Shown: positions 18,806-30,657 of the stretch, piece by piece | Layout: every line of letters begins with the position of its first letter | Position numbering within the stretch: the first letter of the stretch is position 1 | DNA from: Escherichia phage PNJ-9 | Reading direction: 5' to 3' (one strand) | Sequence record: PQ100635.1 | DNA: 64,000 bases | Program-made: the position numbers and the translations under genes | The notes under the pieces: generated by a model | The model's input: the letters and a program-made list of their open reading frames with translations, nothing else | Databases searched by the model: none | Told to the model about the DNA's origin: nothing

Positions 18806-18890
18806 AATCATACCAGCTACGAGGTATAAGTGTCGTAGCAACCAACTGTAAGTAAATAAATTAAATAATCTAAATAAAAGGTAATAATCC
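18806..18890 (+). promoter_or_regulatory. gene 32 5' leader / putative autoregulatory translational operator
   Basis: Dyad gctacga...tcgtagc followed by long A/U-rich unstructured tract before the RBS, resembling the T4 gene 32 operator organisation. Confidence 0.45.
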
Positions 18891-19793
18891 ATGTTTAAAC
18901 GTAAATCTACTGCTGACCTCGCTGCTCAAATGGCTAAACTGAATGGTAACAAAGGTTTCTCTTCAGAAGATAAAGGCGAATGGAAGCTGAAGCTAGATGC
19001 ATCCGGTAATGGTCAAGCGGTAATTCGTTTCTTGCCAGCAAAAACTGATGATGCACTACCATTTGCAATTCTTGTTAACCACGGTTTCAAGAAAAATGGT
19101 AAATGGTATATTGAAAATTGCTCTTCTACACATGGTGATTACGACTCTTGTCCTGTATGTCAGTACATTAGTAAAAATGACCTGTACAATACCAACAAAG
19201 CTGAATATTCTCAACTGAAACGTAAAACTTCTTATTGGGCTAATATTCTGGTTGTTAAAGACCCTCAAGCTCCAGATAACGAAGGTAAAGTATTTAAATA
19301 TCGTTTCGGTAAAAAGATTTGGGACAAAATCAATGCAATGATTGCAGTTGATACCGAAATGGGTGAAACTCCAGTTGATGTTACTTGTCCGTTTGAAGGT
19401 GCTAACTTCGTTCTGAAAGCTAAGCAGGTTTCTGGTTTTAGCAACTATGACGAATCTAAATTCTTGGGTCAATCTGAAATTCCTCGTATTAATGATGAAG
19501 CATTCCAGAAAGAACTATATGACCAGATGGTAGACCTTACCACTTTGACGGCTAAAGACCAGTTCAAATCCTTTGAAAAATTAAATGAATCTTTCGCTAA
19601 GGTTCTTGGTACTGCCGCTCTTGGTGGTGCAGCAGCCGCAGCAGCTTCTGTTGCAGATAAAGTTGCTTCTGACCTTGACGATTTTGATAAAGACATGGAA
19701 GCCTTTAGTTCTGCAAAAACTGAAGATGACTTCATGAGCTCTACCTCATCCTCTGATGATGGTGACCTCGATGACCTGTTAGCCGGTCTATAA
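18891..19793 (+). CDS. 32: single-stranded DNA-binding protein gp32
   Basis: 300 aa; [47 protein letters not shown] and acidic C-terminus match T4 gp32. Confidence 0.92.
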   Translation: MFKRKSTADLAAQMAKLNGNKGFSSEDKGEWKLKLDASGNGQAVIRFLPAKTDDALPFAILVNHGFKKNGKWYIENCSSTHGDYDSCPVCQYISKNDLYNTNKAEYSQLKRKTSYWANILVVKDPQAPDNEGKVFKYRFGKKIWDKINAMIAVDTEMGETPVDVTCPFEGANFVLKAKQVSGFSNYDESKFLGQSEIPRINDEAFQKELYDQMVDLTTLTAKDQFKSFEKLNESFAKVLGTAALGGAAAAAASVADKVASDLDDFDKDMEAFSSAKTEDDFMSSTSSSDDGDLDDLLAGL

Positions 19794-19799
19794 TAAATC

Positions 19800-19821
19800 G
19801 GGAGACTTCGGTCTCCCTTTT
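19800..19821 (+). terminator. rho-independent terminator (UUCG tetraloop hairpin)
   Basis: GGGAGAC-UUCG-GUCUCCC followed by UUUU immediately after gene 32. Confidence 0.75.
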
Positions 19822-19849
19822 GAGTATCTGTAAATTGCCAAAAAAAGAT

Positions 19850-19882
19850 GTTTACTTCTTCCCTAGATGTGATATTATAGTT
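19850..19882 (+). promoter_or_regulatory. sigma70-type early promoter
   Basis: GTTTAC 19850-19855, -10 region GATATTATAG. Confidence 0.55.
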
Positions 19883-19907
19883 CTATCAACAACATGAGGA
19901 AATCAAA

Positions 19908-20312
19908 ATGGAAATCGGAAAATCTTATATCATTAACCCTTTGTTTAAAGACGACTTTGTTCAAGAAGCACCACACAATAACGCTAAGATGTTAAAATTG
20001 ATTGAACTCCACGGGCCTAGTTTTGTTGTAAACGGAATGGAACCTGATTATGATGGCGATACGCCAAACGTAGTAAGTGTAACTATGGAAGATGGTACTG
20101 TATGTTCTGCCGGTGGTGAAATTGAAACTTATTTTGAGATTTATCCTGACGAGTTCAAATACTTTATTGAGTACTTTACTGAGGTAACTTTAGAAAAGCC
20201 TCAACCTACTAACGAAGGTATAACTTTAGGTGTAACAAAAATCCATTGTATCGTAGATGAAACCAACGTCGACGAAATCATCAAACTTTTGCAAAAAACT
20301 TTTAAAAAGTAG
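19908..20312 (+). CDS. hypothetical protein (134 aa)
   Basis: ORF with GAGGA RBS; no motif recognised. Confidence 0.5.
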   Translation: MEIGKSYIINPLFKDDFVQEAPHNNAKMLKLIELHGPSFVVNGMEPDYDGDTPNVVSVTMEDGTVCSAGGEIETYFEIYPDEFKYFIEYFTEVTLEKPQPTNEGITLGVTKIHCIVDETNVDEIIKLLQKTFKK

Positions 20313-20350
20313 TGTACAATCAGATAGGGTTATGTTATAGTAGCCCTATC
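20312..20350 (+). promoter_or_regulatory. sigma70-type early promoter with flanking dyad (PeSL-like)
   Basis: GTGTACA -35-like, TATAGT -10; dyad gataggg/ccctatc (20323-20329 / 20344-20350). Confidence 0.55.
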
Positions 20351-20376
20351 AAATCAAAAGTGAAGCGGAGAATAAA

Positions 20377-20625
20377 ATGAGATTGCAACGCCAGAGCATC
20401 AAAGATTCGGAAGTTAGAGGTAAATGGTACTTCAACATCGTCGGTAAAGACGCTGAACTCCTTGAACAAGCTGAAGAAGCTTTACGAGAAATGGGTTGGA
20501 ACGAAGAATGTGATGGATGTCCACTCTACGAAGATGGTGAAAGTGCAGGATTCTGGATTTATCATTCTGACGTCGATCAGTTTAAAGCTGATTGGAAAGT
20601 TGTTAAGAAAAATCTGAGGAAATAA
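20377..20625 (+). CDS. hypothetical protein (82 aa)
   Basis: ORF with GGAGA RBS; no motif recognised. Confidence 0.5.
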   Translation: MRLQRQSIKDSEVRGKWYFNIVGKDAELLEQAEEALREMGWNEECDGCPLYEDGESAGFWIYHSDVDQFKADWKVVKKNLRK

Positions 20626-20627
20626 TT

Positions 20628-20876
20628 ATGAATGTTGTTGTTGAATACTCTCAAGGCGCTGATGTCGGATATGAAGTTTATACTTCAGTTAATTTAGACC
20701 ATCCGGATTTGGCCGAATTCATTGGCGACGCATTTGATTTGTCTGGGCGATACACAACAAAACCTCGCGTTTGTGTTATAACATTTGACCCGACCGACGG
20801 CTGTCAAATCCAGACTGATTTGGTTTCTTCTAAATCACAAATCCAAAAAGTTATTAAAGGACTTAAAAATGCTTAA
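20628..20876 (+). CDS. hypothetical protein (82 aa)
   Basis: ORF with AGGA RBS; overlaps frd start by 8 nt. Confidence 0.5.
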   Translation: MNVVVEYSQGADVGYEVYTSVNLDHPDLAEFIGDAFDLSGRYTTKPRVCVITFDPTDGCQIQTDLVSSKSQIQKVIKGLKNA

Positions 20877-21456
20877 ATTAGTATTCGCATGTGCTCCGAC
20901 TAAAACAGTTGATGATAAGCTGGAATATGCTTTTGGATTAGGTGATGGACTTCCATGGAAGCATATCAAACAAGATATGAGTAACTTTGTTGCTCGCACT
21001 AAAAACACTGTAATGGTTATGGGTGCTAAGACTTTTGCATCATTACCTCGTCTACTCCAAGACCGTACTCATGTGGTTGTCACTGATATGGCCAGAAAAC
21101 TGCCTAGGACTAAAACTGATGAACTTGCACGGTTCTATATCACCCAATCTGAATTTATTACCTTGGTAACAGGTGGTGAAATTAACCTGTTTAGCCCTGC
21201 AACTGATGTACCGTTTAAACTTTCTACTGAACATGTTGATGTATCTGTTATTGGCGGTCCTGCATTATTAAAACAAGCACTGCCTTATGCCGATGAAATC
21301 GTGATGACTAAAATCATTAAGAAATGTCGTGTTAATTCCGATGTTCAACTTGATAAAGATTTCGTCCAAGATATTATGCTTCAACGTTCTATGGTAGAAT
21401 CTCATTACTACAGAATCGATGAACTCACCGAAATTACTGAGAGCGTTTATAAATGA
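20869..21456 (+). CDS. frd: dihydrofolate reductase
   Basis: 195 aa from ATG 20869 (track ORF 20785 is an upstream extension); M.KLVF...PTKTVD...AFGLGDGLPW, MGAKTF.SLP, VIGGPALL match T4 Frd. Confidence 0.85.
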   Translation: MLKLVFACAPTKTVDDKLEYAFGLGDGLPWKHIKQDMSNFVARTKNTVMVMGAKTFASLPRLLQDRTHVVVTDMARKLPRTKTDELARFYITQSEFITLVTGGEINLFSPATDVPFKLSTEHVDVSVIGGPALLKQALPYADEIVMTKIIKKCRVNSDVQLDKDFVQDIMLQRSMVESHYYRIDELTEITESVYK

Positions 21457-22313
21457 AACAATACCAATACCTGATTAAAGATATCTTAGAAAATGGCTAC
21501 GAAACAGACGACCGTACAGGTACCGGCACTATTGCCCTGTTCGGAACTAAATTGCGATGGGACCTTACTAAAGGATTTCCTGCAGTAACAACCAAGAAGC
21601 TTGCATGGAAAGCTTGTATTGCCGAGCTATTATGGTTCATGTCTGGTTCTACCAATGTTAATGATTTGCGTATTCGTACTCATGGTAGTCTTATTCAAGG
21701 TAAAACTATTTGGGACGACAACTATGAAAATCAGGCAAAAGACCTTGGGTATCATAGCGGCGAACTTGGTCCTATTTATGGTAAGCAATGGCGTGATTTT
21801 GGTGGTGTAGACCAATTAGTTGAAACAATCGACCGTATTAAAAAATTACCAACTGATCGTCGTCAAATTGTTTCTGCCTGGAATCCAGCTGAAATAAATC
21901 AAATGGCTCTTCCTCCTTGCCATATGTTCTATCAGTTCAATGTGCGTAATGGACATCTTGATTTACAATGGTATCAACGCAGTGTAGATGTTTTCTTAGG
22001 CCTGCCATTCAACATTGCCTCGTACGCTGCCTTGACACATATTGTAGCGAAGATGTGTAACCTTATCCCAGGTGATTTAGTGTTCTCAGGCGGCAACACG
22101 CATATCTACAGCAATCATGTAGAACAATGCAAAGAAGTTCTTCGTCGTGAACCTAAAGAGTTGTGTTCTCTTGAAATTAATTGGCCTAGTAATTTTGAGA
22201 ATTGGCCTACAAAAATCCAAATGGACTGGGTTACTGGAACGATGACACATTCTGATTTCGTTCTTAAAAATTACGAATCACATCCAGCTATCAAAGCTAA
22301 AATGGCGGTATAA
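21453..22313 (+). CDS. td: thymidylate synthase (uninterrupted, no intron)
   Basis: 286 aa contiguous ORF; matches T4 Td (MKQYQ.LIKDI.ENGYETDDRTGTGT, PPCHMFYQF, C-terminal KMAV). Confidence 0.92.
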   Translation: MKQYQYLIKDILENGYETDDRTGTGTIALFGTKLRWDLTKGFPAVTTKKLAWKACIAELLWFMSGSTNVNDLRIRTHGSLIQGKTIWDDNYENQAKDLGYHSGELGPIYGKQWRDFGGVDQLVETIDRIKKLPTDRRQIVSAWNPAEINQMALPPCHMFYQFNVRNGHLDLQWYQRSVDVFLGLPFNIASYAALTHIVAKMCNLIPGDLVFSGGNTHIYSNHVEQCKEVLRREPKELCSLEINWPSNFENWPTKIQMDWVTGTMTHSDFVLKNYESHPAIKAKMAV

Positions 22314-22314
22314 A

Positions 22315-22569
22315 ATGATTTTACGTTTTATTAATTCATATGGCACCACAATTTTTGAAATGAAAAATCCTACCGAACTGGATATCCCTTCACCGAATAG
22401 TGAAATCACAGTTAAAGGTGAACGATTCATTTGCTATTCACACGAACGAATTTATGAATATCGTGAATTTTGTGGTGGTTACGGTATAGAAAAAGAACCG
22501 GTGGTTTATTTCGATATCACAGTCTTGACACCTAAAGAATACGAAGAAATTATTGCTGAGGATAATTAA
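22315..22569 (+). CDS. hypothetical protein (84 aa)
   Basis: ORF immediately after td; no motif recognised. Confidence 0.5.
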   Translation: MILRFINSYGTTIFEMKNPTELDIPSPNSEITVKGERFICYSHERIYEYREFCGGYGIEKEPVVYFDITVLTPKEYEEIIAEDN

Positions 22570-22593
22570 CGCTTCAGTTTAAAAGTGTATAAT
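22569..22593 (+). promoter_or_regulatory. putative MotA-dependent middle promoter upstream of nrdA
   Basis: MotA-box-like aacGCTTCA (22569-22576), 11-bp spacer, TATAAT 22588-22593. Confidence 0.45.
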
Positions 22594-22656
22594 AAATTAA
22601 CGGGATAAATACTATCCCGTTTGGAGTAATGTCTATCAACCTATACTGAGGACTAT

Positions 22657-24912
22657 ATGCAAGTAACTAAGAGCAGTGGTGTATCCCAAAATTTTGATGC
22701 ACAGAAAATTATTCAAGTCTTAACTTGGCAATGTGAAGGAACACAAATTGACCCATATGAATTGTACGAAGAAATTAAGACCCATCTTGTTGACGGGATG
22801 AGCACCAAAGATATCCAGAAGATTTGTATTAAAGTTGCAGCTAACTCGATTTCTGTCGAAGAACCTGATTATCAGTATGTCGCCGCCAAAGGGCTAATGT
22901 TTGCACTCCGTAAAGATGTATACGGACAGTTTGAACCGCCTGCTTTTATCGACCATATTTCTTATTGTGTTAATGAAGGCAAATACGACCCTGAGTTGTT
23001 GTCTAGATATTCTGCAGAAGAAATCATTTATCTTGATTCTCAGATTAAACATGAGCGAGATTTTGACCTGACTTATGCTGGTGCTATGCAGCTTAAAGAA
23101 AAATATCTAGTTAAAGATAAAACAACTGGGAAGATTTATGAAACTCCCCAGTTTGCTATCATGGCTATTGGCATGGCCTTACATCAAGACGAAACTCATG
23201 ACCGTTTGAAACATATTATTCGTTTTTATGATGCCGTTTCTACTCATCAAGTTTCATTGCCTACCCCAATTATGGCAGGTGCTCGTACTCCGACTCGCCA
23301 GTTCTCTAGTTGTGTAGTTATTGAAGCAGGTGATTCGTTAAAATCTATTAACAAAACTTCAGCATCAATTATTGAATATATTTCTAAACGAGCTGGTATC
23401 GGTATCAACGTTGGTATGCTTCGTGCAGAAGGTTCTAAGATCGGTATGGGTGAAGTTCGACATACAGGTGTTATTCCATTCTGGAAACATTTCCAAACTG
23501 CAGTAAAATCTTGTTCTCAAGGTGGTATTCGTGGTGGTGCTGCTACAGCGTATTATCCGATGTGGCACTTAGAAGTAGAGAACCTATTAGTTCTGAAAAA
23601 TAACAAAGGCGTGGATGAAAACCGTATTCGACATATGGACTACGGAATTCAGATTAATGACCTTATGATGGAACGCCTTGGTAAAAATGATTATATTACT
23701 TTATTTAGCCCTCACGAAATGTCAGGCGAACTATACTACTCGTTCTTTGAAGATCAAGATAAATTCCGTGAGCTTTATGAGAAAGCTGAAAAAGACCCGA
23801 CAATCAGAAAGAAAAGAATCAAAGCACTAGAACTCTTTGAATTGTTCATGACTGAACGTTCTGGCACTGCTCGAATTTATCCACAATTCGTTGATAACAC
23901 GAATAACTACACTCCGTTTATTCGCGAAAAAGCTCCAATTCGTCAGAGTAACTTATGTTGTGAAATCGCTATTCCAACTAATGATGTGAATGGTCCTGAT
24001 GCTGAAATTGGTTTATGCACATTATCTGCTTTTGTATTAGATAAATTTGATTGGCAAGACCAAGATAAAATTAATGAACTTGCTGAAGTACAAGTACGTG
24101 CACTTGATAACCTGTTAGACTATCAAGATTATCCGGTTCCAGAAGCTTTAAAAGCTAAAAAGCGTCGTAATCTCGGTGTTGGTGTTACGAACTATGCCGC
24201 ATGGTTAGCTTCTAACTTTGCTTCATACGAAGACGCTAACGATTTGACTCATGAATTGTTTGAGAGATTGCAATATGGTCTTATCAAAGCTTCAATCAAG
24301 CTCGCCAAAGAAAAAGGATGTTGTGAGTATTATTCAGACACTAAATGGTCTAGAGGCGAATTACCTATCGACTGGTACAATAAAAAGATTGACCAAATCG
24401 CGGCCCCGAACTACGTCTGTGACTGGGAAGAACTTCGAGCTGAACTCAAAGAACACGGAATTCGTAACTCAACGTTGTCTGCACTCATGCCTTGTGAGTC
24501 AAGCAGTCAAGTATCAAACTCTACAAACGGGATTGAGCCCCCACGCGGTCCAGTAAGTATTAAAGAATCTAAAGAAGGCAACTTCCGTCAGGTTGTTCCT
24601 AATATCGAACATAACATGAGTCTTTACGACTATGCGTGGAAACTTGCTAAGAAAGGTAATAAACCTTATTTGACACAAGTTGCTATCATGTTGAAATGGG
24701 TGTGCCAATCTGCTTCTGCTAATACTTACTATGACCCTGCAGTATTTGAGAAAGGTAAAGTACCAATGTCAGTAATGCTTGACGATCTACTTTACTTCTG
24801 GTACTTTGGCGGAAAAAACCTCTACTATCATAACACTCGTGATGGGTCGGGTACAGATGACTACGAATTAGAAACACCTAAAGCTGAAGATTGTTCTGCT
24901 TGTAAGCTTTAA
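22657..24912 (+). CDS. nrdA: aerobic ribonucleotide reductase large subunit
   Basis: 751 aa; ATP-cone N-terminus, class Ia RNR motifs and C-terminal tail as in T4 NrdA. Confidence 0.92.
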   Translation: MQVTKSSGVSQNFDAQKIIQVLTWQCEGTQIDPYELYEEIKTHLVDGMSTKDIQKICIKVAANSISVEEPDYQYVAAKGLMFALRKDVYGQFEPPAFIDHISYCVNEGKYDPELLSRYSAEEIIYLDSQIKHERDFDLTYAGAMQLKEKYLVKDKTTGKIYETPQFAIMAIGMALHQDETHDRLKHIIRFYDAVSTHQVSLPTPIMAGARTPTRQFSSCVVIEAGDSLKSINKTSASIIEYISKRAGIGINVGMLRAEGSKIGMGEVRHTGVIPFWKHFQTAVKSCSQGGIRGGAATAYYPMWHLEVENLLVLKNNKGVDENRIRHMDYGIQINDLMMERLGKNDYITLFSPHEMSGELYYSFFEDQDKFRELYEKAEKDPTIRKKRIKALELFELFMTERSGTARIYPQFVDNTNNYTPFIREKAPIRQSNLCCEIAIPTNDVNGPDAEIGLCTLSAFVLDKFDWQDQDKINELAEVQVRALDNLLDYQDYPVPEALKAKKRRNLGVGVTNYAAWLASNFASYEDANDLTHELFERLQYGLIKASIKLAKEKGCCEYYSDTKWSRGELPIDWYNKKIDQIAAPNYVCDWEELRAELKEHGIRNSTLSALMPCESSSQVSNSTNGIEPPRGPVSIKESKEGNFRQVVPNIEHNMSLYDYAWKLAKKGNKPYLTQVAIMLKWVCQSASANTYYDPAVFEKGKVPMSVMLDDLLYFWYFGGKNLYYHNTRDGSGTDDYELETPKAEDCSACKL

Positions 24913-24964
24913 GACTTTTGATTATAATTTACTCATGGATGAGTTAAACTAAGTGAGAAATATA

Positions 24965-26140
24965 ATGAGTACAGTTTTTAACACACAACAAGTCGATGTT
25001 TTGAATGAACCGATGTTCTTTGGTTCTGGTCTTGGTATTGCGCGTTATGATATTCAACGCCATAAAGTTTTTGAAGATTTGACAGAAAAGCAATTATCGT
25101 TTTTTTGGCGCCCAGAAGAGGTAAACTTGATGTTGGACTCTGCGCAGTTCAATAAGCTTCCTCAGTTCCAACAGGACATCTTTACAAACAATCTTAAGTA
25201 TCAATCATTATTAGATTCTATCCAAGGCAGGGCCCCATCTGCGGTACTTATGGCACTGATTTCCGACCCTTCACTAGATACGTGGGTTGCAACATGGACA
25301 TTCAGTGAAACTATTCACTCTCGTTCGTATACTCATATTATGCGAAATCTTTATACGGATCCATCTAAGGTATTTGATGAAATTGTATTAGACGAAGCAA
25401 TCATGAAACGAGCTGAATCAATAGGTAAATATTACGATGATGTTCTGGTTAAAACTCGTTATTGGGAAAATGCTAAGGAAGATTATGAGCGTTCAATAGG
25501 CTCATGCCAGCAGAATGATATTGAGATGTATGAAGAAATAATGTTTAACGCTAAGCGTGAGCTAATGAAATCTCTTTATCTTTGCCTTCATGTAATTAAC
25601 GCCTTGGAAGCTATTCGTTTTTACGTATCATTTGCATGTACTTTCAACTTCCATAAAAATATGGAAATCATGGAAGGTAATGCAAAGATTATGAAGTTCA
25701 TTGCTCGTGACGAACAACTCCACCTCAAGGGTACTCAGTACATTATCCGTCAACTTCAATCTGGTACTGATGGTGATGAGTGGGTTCAAATTGCTAAAGA
25801 ATGTGAACAAGAAGCAGTTGACATTTTTATGGAAGTAAATAGACAAGAGAAGGAATGGGCTGCACACCTCTTTAAAGATGGTACATGTCCAGGTATCAAT
25901 ACGCAGAGTATGTGTGCTTTTGTTGATTACTTGACTGTGTCTCGTATGAAACAGTGCGGTTTGCCATGCCCAATCACTGATGCTCCGACCAAGCATCCGT
26001 ATCCTTGGATTCGTGAATATCTGAACTCTGATTTAGTTCAAGCAGCTCCTCAAGAAGTTGAAATCAGTTCTTATCTTGTCGCACAAATTGATAATGATGT
26101 AGACCAAAATGTAATCAATTCATACAAAAAATATTTCTAA
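24965..26140 (+). CDS. nrdB: aerobic ribonucleotide reductase small subunit (uninterrupted, no intron)
   Basis: 391 aa from ATG 24965 (track start 24953 is GTG); MSTVFNT..VDVLNEPMFFGSGLG.ARYDIQRH matches T4 NrdB; contiguous ORF. Confidence 0.9.
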   Translation: MSTVFNTQQVDVLNEPMFFGSGLGIARYDIQRHKVFEDLTEKQLSFFWRPEEVNLMLDSAQFNKLPQFQQDIFTNNLKYQSLLDSIQGRAPSAVLMALISDPSLDTWVATWTFSETIHSRSYTHIMRNLYTDPSKVFDEIVLDEAIMKRAESIGKYYDDVLVKTRYWENAKEDYERSIGSCQQNDIEMYEEIMFNAKRELMKSLYLCLHVINALEAIRFYVSFACTFNFHKNMEIMEGNAKIMKFIARDEQLHLKGTQYIIRQLQSGTDGDEWVQIAKECEQEAVDIFMEVNRQEKEWAAHLFKDGTCPGINTQSMCAFVDYLTVSRMKQCGLPCPITDAPTKHPYPWIREYLNSDLVQAAPQEVEISSYLVAQIDNDVDQNVINSYKKYF

Positions 26141-26144
26141 GGAC

Positions 26145-26166
26145 GGGACTTCGGTCCCACTTTATT
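26145..26166 (+). terminator. terminator-like hairpin after nrdB
   Basis: GGGAC-UUCG-GUCCC followed by weak U-rich tract. Confidence 0.4.
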
Positions 26167-26577
26167 ATGAAAGATATTGCCGCCGAATATTCCTTTATTA
26201 AATATACAGAATTGGAGCTATTAGAAGATGCAACAATTAAAACAGTTGATGTCCCTAATAAGAAAAATGTCATATACGCTATTGCTATAGATGACGAACT
26301 TGTGTATATTGGTAAAACCAAGAATTTAAAGAAACGCATTAACTATTATCGAACAGCCATAAATCGAAAAGACCAGACTTCAGATTCAAGAAAATCACTT
26401 ATGATTTTGGATGCCTTAATGCAAGGCAAAAAGGTTGAATTCTGGGCCCGCCAATGTTTTGACCTTTCAGTCACCAACGAACTTGGTTCAATGACCATCG
26501 CAACAATGGACCTTGAAGAACCGCTTTTTATCAAAAAGTTCAACCCGCCTTGGAATATCCAACATAAGAAAAAGTAG
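26167..26577 (+). CDS. denA: endonuclease II (GIY-YIG family)
   Basis: 136 aa; near-identical to T4 DenA as recalled (EYSFIKYTELEL, VIYAIAI.DELVYIGKTKNL.KRINYYRTAINRKD, FNPPWNIQHKKK). Confidence 0.9.
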   Translation: MKDIAAEYSFIKYTELELLEDATIKTVDVPNKKNVIYAIAIDDELVYIGKTKNLKKRINYYRTAINRKDQTSDSRKSLMILDALMQGKKVEFWARQCFDLSVTNELGSMTIATMDLEEPLFIKKFNPPWNIQHKKK

Positions 26578-26606
26578 TTTACATGCCACAAGGATTGTGG
26601 TACAAT
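26577..26606 (+). promoter_or_regulatory. sigma70-type early promoter upstream of rnlA
   Basis: GTTTACA 26577-26583, 17-bp spacer, TACAAT 26601-26606. Confidence 0.55.
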
Positions 26607-26623
26607 TTAAAAAAACTAACTGA

Positions 26624-27757
<1,134 letters not shown>

Positions 27758-27819
27758 TGGTTTACAAACACCAAGGAAGGTGTTACTATGGTTTTTATCA
27801 ACAACACGAGGAGAAAATT

Positions 27820-28320
27820 ATGAATATGCAATTGATTACTAACGATATGGTTGTGGCAGCATTTGGTGATTCTACAGATGGAATCCGAGTCTTTAAGAAA
27901 GGACGTCCAGTTGGTTATCTTACTGACCTACGTGTTACTCTAGCGAAAAATGCTAAAAAGAAGTTAAAGCAAAAGGAATATTCAACACGTTACACCGAAG
28001 AGAAACGTGAAGCGATGCCGGAAGCAGTTAATGCCATGGTAGAATTTCTTCAAAACAATTTGACTAAATATGACGCTAATGTGTTCATTAATATTAGTCA
28101 ACCAAACGTACATATCTCAGGTATAAAATTCTACATTATTTGCGACCCTCTTACCGACAAATTCAACCGTCTCGGAATCTCAAGTCCATATCATACAGCA
28201 GAAGAGTTGTGTGTATTGTTTGAATCGTACAAAATCCAGTGTGATGGTTTGAAAACCGTTCTTATTAATGGTTTATCCCGAGATGAAATCATTGAGATTA
28301 TTAAAACATGCTTAAAGTAA
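27820..28320 (+). CDS. alc: Alc (host transcription unfolding/termination on dC-DNA)
   Basis: 166 aa from ATG 27820 (AGGAG RBS 8 nt upstream); similarity to T4 Alc (GYLTD.R..LAKN, STRYT, GLS.DEIIEII); position after rnlA. Confidence 0.75.
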   Translation: MNMQLITNDMVVAAFGDSTDGIRVFKKGRPVGYLTDLRVTLAKNAKKKLKQKEYSTRYTEEKREAMPEAVNAMVEFLQNNLTKYDANVFINISQPNVHISGIKFYIICDPLTDKFNRLGISSPYHTAEELCVLFESYKIQCDGLKTVLINGLSRDEIIEIIKTCLK

Positions 28321-28664
28321 ATCCGATTTATGCTATAGTAGCAGCTTTTGCTCTAGTTTCTACGATAACAATAGTGGTCTTAAACAACAAAGTTGATTCG
28401 TTGAATACTGAATTAGCTTCTGTCAAAGAGACCGCTAAAAACAATGCTAAAGTATTAGACGACTTCAAGGTTCAATATCAGTCAATCGAAGAAATGACTT
28501 ATAAGAACCGTGTTTTAGTTGACCAACTTAAGGCCGAAAATGAAAAGCTCCGTAAGGATTCGAAGAAGAAGAACGTGGTGGCAAGTAAACCAGGATTGGT
28601 CGAAAAACAAATCAACAGGTCCTTCGATTCCTTTGCAGAAGACCTCAGGAAGCTCTCAGAATGA
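28308..28664 (+). CDS. i-spanin (inner membrane spanin subunit, PseT.3-like)
   Basis: 118 aa; N-terminal TM helix then coiled-coil-like charged region; directly precedes lipoprotein gene. Confidence 0.6.
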   Translation: MLKVNPIYAIVAAFALVSTITIVVLNNKVDSLNTELASVKETAKNNAKVLDDFKVQYQSIEEMTYKNRVLVDQLKAENEKLRKDSKKKNVVASKPGLVEKQINRSFDSFAEDLRKLSE

Positions 28665-28951
28665 TTAAATTAACCGCAGTTGTATTATCTATTGGCATTT
28701 TGGCCGGATGTGCCCAGGATGTGCCCTTAAGCCCTAAAGAAACTTTACATCCACCATGGCCTGAATCTATTGTTGAATATAACCAGAAATGGCAAGTAAA
28801 GGTTATTGATGGTAATCCGTGGGTTGGAATGCCATTTGAAGACTCTCAAGAATTTCGTATCTGGTTAAACGACGTAAAAAGATATGTACACGACCAGAAG
28901 ACTATGATATGTTATTATCGTAGTGGTTTAAAAGAGGAAAAATGCCAATGA
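28661..28951 (+). CDS. o-spanin (outer membrane lipoprotein, PseT.2-like)
   Basis: 96 aa; lipoprotein signal peptide with lipobox LAGC (Cys17); overlaps i-spanin stop. Confidence 0.65.
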   Translation: MIKLTAVVLSIGILAGCAQDVPLSPKETLHPPWPESIVEYNQKWQVKVIDGNPWVGMPFEDSQEFRIWLNDVKRYVHDQKTMICYYRSGLKEEKCQ

Positions 28952-29166
28952 CTAAAGAACAACATGAATACATTAAAGGGCTTATCTATGAATCTGAAAT
29001 GGCGGCTATGATTTATGGGCGCCAGATTCAACGATTAGAATCTTTGCCTCCGACTAATGACCGCTTGTTAGTTCAGTCTCGTGCTAATCTGAAAAACGAA
29101 TATCAGAATAAGTGGGCAGTAGCGACTAAAGCTCTTCATGAGTATATTGAATCTTTAGTAAAATAG
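28942..29166 (+). CDS. hypothetical protein (74 aa)
   Basis: ORF overlapping o-spanin end; no motif recognised. Confidence 0.45.
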   Translation: MPMTKEQHEYIKGLIYESEMAAMIYGRQIQRLESLPPTNDRLLVQSRANLKNEYQNKWAVATKALHEYIESLVK

Positions 29167-29200
29167 TTTACAAACTCTCGGGAGCAGAGTATAATGCTCC
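29166..29200 (+). promoter_or_regulatory. sigma70-type early promoter with flanking dyad
   Basis: GTTTACA 29166-29172, TATAAT 29190-29195; dyad ggagca/tgctcc; near-identical to promoter at 1114-1149. Confidence 0.6.
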
Positions 29201-29223
29201 TATGGATAATTGAGGAAATCTAA

Positions 29224-29522
29224 ATGAAAACATTACTAGAGAATTACATCAAACGGTCTGATGAGTATATTGATATCTGTCGTGGAATGTCACTCGGCAA
29301 TTATGACAAAGATGCAGCAAAGGCACTAGATGAAGCAGGTAAAGCTCTTCGTAAAGCTGCTAAAGAAAAAGGGTTGGATTTGCAACAACTCAAAAGTCAT
29401 ATGATTAAATTTATTTCTTCAAACGTTAGAAGTACGTCAATTAATAAAAACGTTGCTGAAATTAATAAAGACCGGCGCGAGCATAACATTCGTATTCTTG
29501 AAATTTTCTTAGGAATAAAATA

Positions 29523-29523
<1 letters not shown>
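29224..29523 (+). CDS. hypothetical protein (99 aa)
   Basis: ORF with GAGGA RBS after promoter; no motif recognised. Confidence 0.45.
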
Positions 29524-30610
<1,087 letters not shown>

Positions 30611-30631
30611 TTAGAAATCTCCATAGTTAAG

Positions 30632-30639
30632 TATAAATA
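30632..30639 (+). promoter_or_regulatory. late promoter TATAAATA upstream of homing endonuclease gene
   Basis: Exact TATAAATA 19 bp upstream of ATG 30658. Confidence 0.5.
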
Positions 30640-30657
30640 TCTATAGAGGTGATTCTA

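Noticed and set aside
21453-26140. Searched for group I introns in td and nrdB and an intron-borne endonuclease
   Set aside because: Both genes are continuous ORFs of the expected protein length with no insertion; the intron-less state is noted as a finding, not as a feature
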